64,000 bases of DNA from a virus. The number at the start of each line of letters is the position of its first letter. Position 1 is the stretch's first letter. Positions 60,201-64,000 of this stretch are shown here, piece after piece. Made by a program: the position numbers and the translations under genes. The stretch spans positions 32,001 to 96,000 of IMG/VR virus record IMGVR_UViG_3300035698_017305; one strand, 5' to 3'. Under the pieces are notes generated by a model that worked only from the letters and a program-made list of their open reading frames with translations, was not told the DNA's origin and did no database searches.

Positions 60201-62482
60201 TACAACGTGACTTCTACGACAACATCCACGGGCTAGAGTCTCCGTTCATTCAAGACTGGGTTAACGGGAACAGCGTAGAGCTTAATAGGATTGGGCACAA
60301 CCCATTCACTCGCAGAACTATCTTCATAGGGGAAGATCTGGTGGTTGGAACTGACGGGTCCGCTTCTACTGAACGTGGGGGTTTGACCGGTCCTTACATT
60401 GGAACCCCCTCCGTCTACCATGACGGTCAGATAGTAAAGGAAGGGGACATCCTCTTCATCATTGATGGTAGGAACCGGGGCAGGTATCTCATCTCAACCG
60501 TAGACTCAGACACTGAGTTCACCTTTGAGGCTATAACTGAGTCCGGGTTTAGCCCAGACACCCCACCCATGACTGAGGTGGAGGCTGCGGTTGACCAGCG
60601 GTTCTTTATCGAGAGGGAATTGAATAACCCATTAGTAACTGGTTACTTCCTACTGTCAGAGGATGGAGACGCGTACTTATACAGCACCATGGTATCTGGG
60701 GGGTACGTTGAAGACTTCTCTACAGATTTTGAGAGTGATACTATAGGCTCCCACCCCACAGGGTTTACATTCTCCGAGCCGGGTACAGCTACTGTCACAG
60801 TACAGGATGATGGAGCCCCACGGGAACAGGTGACCCGTCTTATAAGTGGCAACGTGGGGGCAGACCATGCAGTTATGTATTACAACTTGGTAGATGATGC
60901 TGTATCTACATCGCACATAACGTTTTCCATGTGGGCTTGGAGGGCAGCGAGTGCCGGAGAAGACCTGCACCTATCATTATTTGATGATGACGATGATCTG
61001 GTAGCTGCGGTACTCATAAAGCCAGGGTTTAGTGTATGGGATGCAGACAAGGTAGACACTGGGTGGACTTGGGCGGACTCAACATGGCATTGGTTTGAAG
61101 TAGATGTAGACCTTGATGCTGATGTTGTTACCATGACCATGGACTCCAGCACATACGTTACCACCGTTTGTGCTGACCATGCAGCGGGCACCGCACTCAA
61201 GCGGATTATGATGCGTATGTCAGGAACAGTGTCCCCTAAGACTGCATTTCTAGATGACTTTACTGTAACCTATCAAGACCCTCCCGAATTTGAGGACCCT
61301 ATAGGTTTGTTTGTAGAGAACGTGGGGCCCGGAGATCTGTTAGCTTTGAACTTCGCTATTGTCCCCGGTGGGGATATGTCTGGCGGGTGTATGACCTTCC
61401 CCATAGCAGGCATAGGTCTTGATGATGACACCCTTTACCCATTTGTGGATAGGAACGTCGTCTACTTAGCTGACGCAGTAACAGGGATGACCACGGGGTT
61501 AGAAGGAGAGTACGGTACGTTTGAGATACATAAGAAGCTGCTGTCTGTTGCCCCATTAGTACAAAGATCAGACACAGAATCTACGTTGGCTATGAGTACC
61601 GTATCTAAAGCCATACAACTGGGCAATGAACCATACTATACCAACGTCTTGTTAGGTCAAGATGATCTCAGGTGTCTGCCTAAGTTGATTGTGGATAGTG
61701 GCCTGGATGAAGGTAAAGAATACAGCATACTATTCTCTGTAATATTTGGGGGAGATACCTTGGCTTATGTAGACCCGATCCCAGCAAACTCTCATTCAGG
61801 TGAGGCGTTTAGGATCGTTGGGTGCTATGACAAGGAGGACAAGTCTGTCGGCGCTGACCTACTAGCTACTGTCCCTGAGGACGCCTGGGCTATTGGGTGG
61901 TACGAGGTGGACCTTATACATAGTGGTGCAGACATGGCCACATGGGGTGACCCGGAAGAAGGGGAGTTCCATAACGAAGTGTTTGGGGTGTCCACCCCAA
62001 TGGTCTCAGCTTTGGAGGGCGATATACTGATCATCACCTCTACTGAAGCTAGCACCTGCCCCGACCGGCTACAGACTGTAGTGACTTGTAACTACACTGT
62101 TGAAAGTGTGGCTGTAATAGGACTCGACACGGTGGTAACTCTGGACAGGGACATCCCTGAGGGTATCGGCTACACCTATGAGTTGGTAAGGCCCACGGAG
62201 AACTACACTGTGACCGGTGTGTACCCAGCGTCCATAGCTACAGTAAATGGAGACACTCCCACAGATCTTAGGTCTTTCTCTGGTAGGTACGTAGAATTCA
62301 TATCAGGGTTGATGTCCACTGAGGATTACGAGGTAGGGCTAGGACCTGGACAGCACACTATCATAGATGTGGATGGGTCTGACGTTTACACTGCGGCCCT
62401 CGGTGGGTATGATAACACCGCACCTAACACCCACGCCGTAAAGATTTGGGCTAGGTCTAAACTATTTGGAGTGTACGGGTAG
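57203..62482 (+). CDS. large baseplate wedge/tail protein with N-terminal PKD-like domain
   Basis: 'LTYGWSFTKTPTGS...FVPDLPGEYEVQLVVS'; wedge-like 'YMSAIRGLMFASSYGP'; repeated 'G.Y.I..V....' fibre-type motifs. Confidence 0.6.
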   Translation: MADHEFVQYSVASPSSAPVARLLPASVSILLGEVVRLVGTHSQAPSGGTLTYGWSFTKTPTGSSVSLHGFREEFADPGVVTFVPDLPGEYEVQLVVSSGGVDSLPAYCTVGTRSAHSGIGYGGPDASFMWKYLSDTWQLMPDKEYITSTWSAYIQMLAADTQRMYQIDANKSIHTAPNLYQRRWLAYSTHIDLQASDVELVLGNTAAGITGASGYLGQQGIGIVVSNSEMLVAEGAVSELVPSNSISFPDRSVEYDVARVNPTRTGYIIKRSDSFADEFKGSGQYRVGATLSATIYRDNGQDIVDSSGFLITDVGLWVWVESVEFSGLALVTSIDGDKAYVSSQTAFPATAVAVTAKRYVGNNFSPQYPETAYTNVLRAPYGDFDFTTLGVGAGRLIRFGNLTHTVQRVFNELNQSPLPVTVALLDQSEAPSDLQDQVWRVPHVLRVEGMDFEELGVSYGDLLVGELTRLDTGAHTEINLFVTGASGDRIGFELGTSTLSNTVSGSFSATEIVKIATDLGIDTVTPALDGSLVYTNEAREIREIVTSELFGRTHYNTEISVLDVGEFQVSLKAIRLVRNSRIPVDSDLRSVPSLQEVIEPPDVVEREGTFYVDRGDWGLYEMDREPVRLLENEDFIIDFLAGFTGWGAVTIMESDVVTIESGNLIQRGVIPGDSLYLLETEVAGDYKILEVLSDTEVRVDAPLLSDQAGILYRVDRAEEGTYLRFNDLLLTPSNPAPERWWAEMSLFDNSVAIEDNFGYPLGVLREDMPESEAAVSYMSAIRGLMFASSYGPHVHNLRIGAQILLGLPVAEVRGIIASIDKVYEINPYTNEPRFGRMVLEDVDDNDQPLGKLRPYIFPYQGNQVLEYYNSMGYSPSADDVAYEGIVAGVETNPATDLEYAVGDVVEALAPLCTGVEVYDYIEDPDWWVPVVGSGIYDSELMKYHNFLVRADVDISDTNNLPVLVEYLRGIARPAHKDVLVVASKHVVDTVEVKDNVDINLQRDFYDNIHGLESPFIQDWVNGNSVELNRIGHNPFTRRTIFIGEDLVVGTDGSASTERGGLTGPYIGTPSVYHDGQIVKEGDILFIIDGRNRGRYLISTVDSDTEFTFEAITESGFSPDTPPMTEVEAAVDQRFFIERELNNPLVTGYFLLSEDGDAYLYSTMVSGGYVEDFSTDFESDTIGSHPTGFTFSEPGTATVTVQDDGAPREQVTRLISGNVGADHAVMYYNLVDDAVSTSHITFSMWAWRAASAGEDLHLSLFDDDDDLVAAVLIKPGFSVWDADKVDTGWTWADSTWHWFEVDVDLDADVVTMTMDSSTYVTTVCADHAAGTALKRIMMRMSGTVSPKTAFLDDFTVTYQDPPEFEDPIGLFVENVGPGDLLALNFAIVPGGDMSGGCMTFPIAGIGLDDDTLYPFVDRNVVYLADAVTGMTTGLEGEYGTFEIHKKLLSVAPLVQRSDTESTLAMSTVSKAIQLGNEPYYTNVLLGQDDLRCLPKLIVDSGLDEGKEYSILFSVIFGGDTLAYVDPIPANSHSGEAFRIVGCYDKEDKSVGADLLATVPEDAWAIGWYEVDLIHSGADMATWGDPEEGEFHNEVFGVSTPMVSALEGDILIITSTEASTCPDRLQTVVTCNYTVESVAVIGLDTVVTLDRDIPEGIGYTYELVRPTENYTVTGVYPASIATVNGDTPTDLRSFSGRYVEFISGLMSTEDYEVGLGPGQHTIIDVDGSDVYTAALGGYDNTAPNTHAVKIWARSKLFGVYG

Positions 62483-62524
62483 TAATGAACACAGTTAGAA
62501 TTCATGATAAGATAACCGTGGCGG

Positions 62525-63199
62525 ATGGGGTTAAGATCCGTACCGTTCCAGAGGGAGAAGTTTCGGATGAGATTAAACGACAAGAAGATTCAGACAGAGC
62601 TGTTAACAGGAATAGACGTAGAAGGTCATGTGACCATACGAATTCTAGACCCTGAGGGCAGACCTGTTCATAGAATCGAGAAGAATAATATATGGACGTT
62701 GACTGGGAGGGAGTACCTAGCCCAGTTGATTGCATACCAGTCCACTGCATCCACTACCATTGATGGGGAGCCTGGGACACCTTTTCGTAGAGACAGGGTA
62801 CTGTACCTAGGAATGGGTTCAGGGGCTTTCCCCCAGACAGTCAGTGTCAATAGGCTGGCGGAACCAGTGGAGTTCCAGTCCAATGAATTCCTGGCACCCC
62901 TAGTTATACCCCCTGACTTCCCACTATCACCTGCTCGCACAAGTGTGCGGTTCTCCAGGATATTCAGTGGTACTCAGATCAGTTTAGCTGGTAGTGGTAC
63001 ATACGTTGACATCACAGAGGCCGGGTTGTTCACTAGCGGCGGATCCGCTGATGACTACGCACCAGGAACACGCGAAACCGGATTCGGACCGGGGGGTACC
63101 TACGCTGAGCAACAAGCTCCAGTAGCTTACGTATCCTTTGAACCTATCCCAAAGTGGTACGGTTACGCGTTGGAAATACTTTGGGAAGTGAGGTTCTAA
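62525..63199 (+). CDS. tail-collar/fibre-associated protein
   Basis: 'KNNIWTLTGREYLAQL...YLGMGSG...ITEAGLF...FEPIPK...LEILWEVRF'. Confidence 0.6.
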   Translation: MGLRSVPFQREKFRMRLNDKKIQTELLTGIDVEGHVTIRILDPEGRPVHRIEKNNIWTLTGREYLAQLIAYQSTASTTIDGEPGTPFRRDRVLYLGMGSGAFPQTVSVNRLAEPVEFQSNEFLAPLVIPPDFPLSPARTSVRFSRIFSGTQISLAGSGTYVDITEAGLFTSGGSADDYAPGTRETGFGPGGTYAEQQAPVAYVSFEPIPKWYGYALEILWEVRF

Positions 63200-63202
63200 C
63201 AC

Positions 63203-64000
63203 ATGTCTAGCGCAACGTATCTCAGAAGACCATTTCTTATTGGCCAAACTACATACCCATACCTTAGCTACCCTAAGATTCGGTGTCAGATCCGTAGAGG
63301 ATCTGGTGCAGGACTGAGAGAGTATGCTGAGCTGCCCGGAGACGGGGGCATCACTGCGTCCATGATAGTGGAGGTACACCCTGAGACTGAAGACTATTAC
63401 GTTGCTACAGTAGACGTAGCTGTTGGCCACACCACAATTGACGATGTTGTGGACGATATAAACACAGCTTTGGGTGCCGCCACCCAGATGACAGACCCAG
63501 TAACTACTCCAGTAGCGTCTCCGGCCACAGCTTATGAGAGGGACGGATACATCTGGATTGAATGTACGGTAGCCGGAGGGGGGTCGCATTTAATTATCAA
63601 GAAGCCGCTTGACGTCCCCGCCAGGGAAGACTTGACCTCCTTACTCAAATTCCCTGCATATCCAGACCCACTCGCTACGTCAACAGCAGGTGACTTGGAA
63701 GATGCGCCCCCCTCCTTCCTACACAATGACAATCCTAACTTGGATGTAGTAGGAAACCCGGTAGGTACTAAGCTGCTTGCAAGCCACGAGGATCTAACCT
63801 CGCAGTCTATCAATAGGTCTCTGAATGCGCTGGCCCTTAACTCAGATCTGGTACATGCGGCAACCACTGCTGAACTTCCATTAGGTTGGAAGAGAATGCA
63901 GGTAGACTGCGAAGCTGACGGCACATTTTATGTAGACATTGAAGACAGGGTGTTCGTGGGCCTACCTGATGGGTTTGGCACCCCAATAGAGGGGATCCAG
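63203..64000 (+). CDS. putative tail fibre/virion protein, truncated by window edge
   Basis: ATG at 63203 (MSSATYLRRPFLIG...); the frame appears open to the window end, so it is absent from the ORF track. Confidence 0.65.
   Translation, partial: MSSATYLRRPFLIGQTTYPYLSYPKIRCQIRRGSGAGLREYAELPGDGGITASMIVEVHPETEDYYVATVDVAVGHTTIDDVVDDINTALGAATQMTDPVTTPVASPATAYERDGYIWIECTVAGGGSHLIIKKPLDVPAREDLTSLLKFPAYPDPLATSTAGDLEDAPPSFLHNDNPNLDVVGNPVGTKLLASHEDLTSQSINRSLNALALNSDLVHAATTAELPLGWKRMQVDCEADGTFYVDIEDRVFVGLPDGFGTPIEGIQ

Noticed and set aside
81-63924. Numerous 60-230 aa antisense/overlapping ORFs in the six-frame track
   Set aside because: They lie opposite or within well-supported genes, lack RBS and motifs, and show the Ser/Pro-rich composition of shadow ORFs.

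Overview
64 kb segment of a large, probably jumbo, contractile-tailed phage genome (myovirus-like; host not determinable from this window). The right half (33.7-64 kb) is a + strand virion module: tape-measure-like, hub, gp25-like, baseplate J-like and PKD/wedge proteins, plus a sigma factor. The middle holds small hypotheticals, a tail-chaperone pair with a -1 slippery site, GroES, an M15 endolysin and a WGR-fused ATP-dependent DNA ligase. The left third is accessory. It has a tmRNA 5' end and tRNA-Glu, a RuvC-less IS110/Nop-domain protein, a complete Ubl-E2-JAB-E1 operon and a glycosyltransferase/ATP-grasp/methyltransferase cluster. It also has a second Ubl-TROVE(Ro60)-vWA-JAB-E1 operon. The standout is an unannotated array of seven structured RNA units (19747-20810, - strand) between that Ubl gene and the TROVE gene. 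All share one scaffold: a covarying terminal stem, CCCUACA-N7-CAUACA on the 5' side and (G/A)G-N7-GACU(A/C)G on the 3' side. Each scaffold displays a different tRNA-derived payload in a different circular permutation: anticodon arm only, Arg-, Gly-, Leu-, Asn- and Phe-like tRNAs, and a tmRNA/Ala-like acceptor-T domain. All product calls come from motif recognition by eye; no database searches were run.
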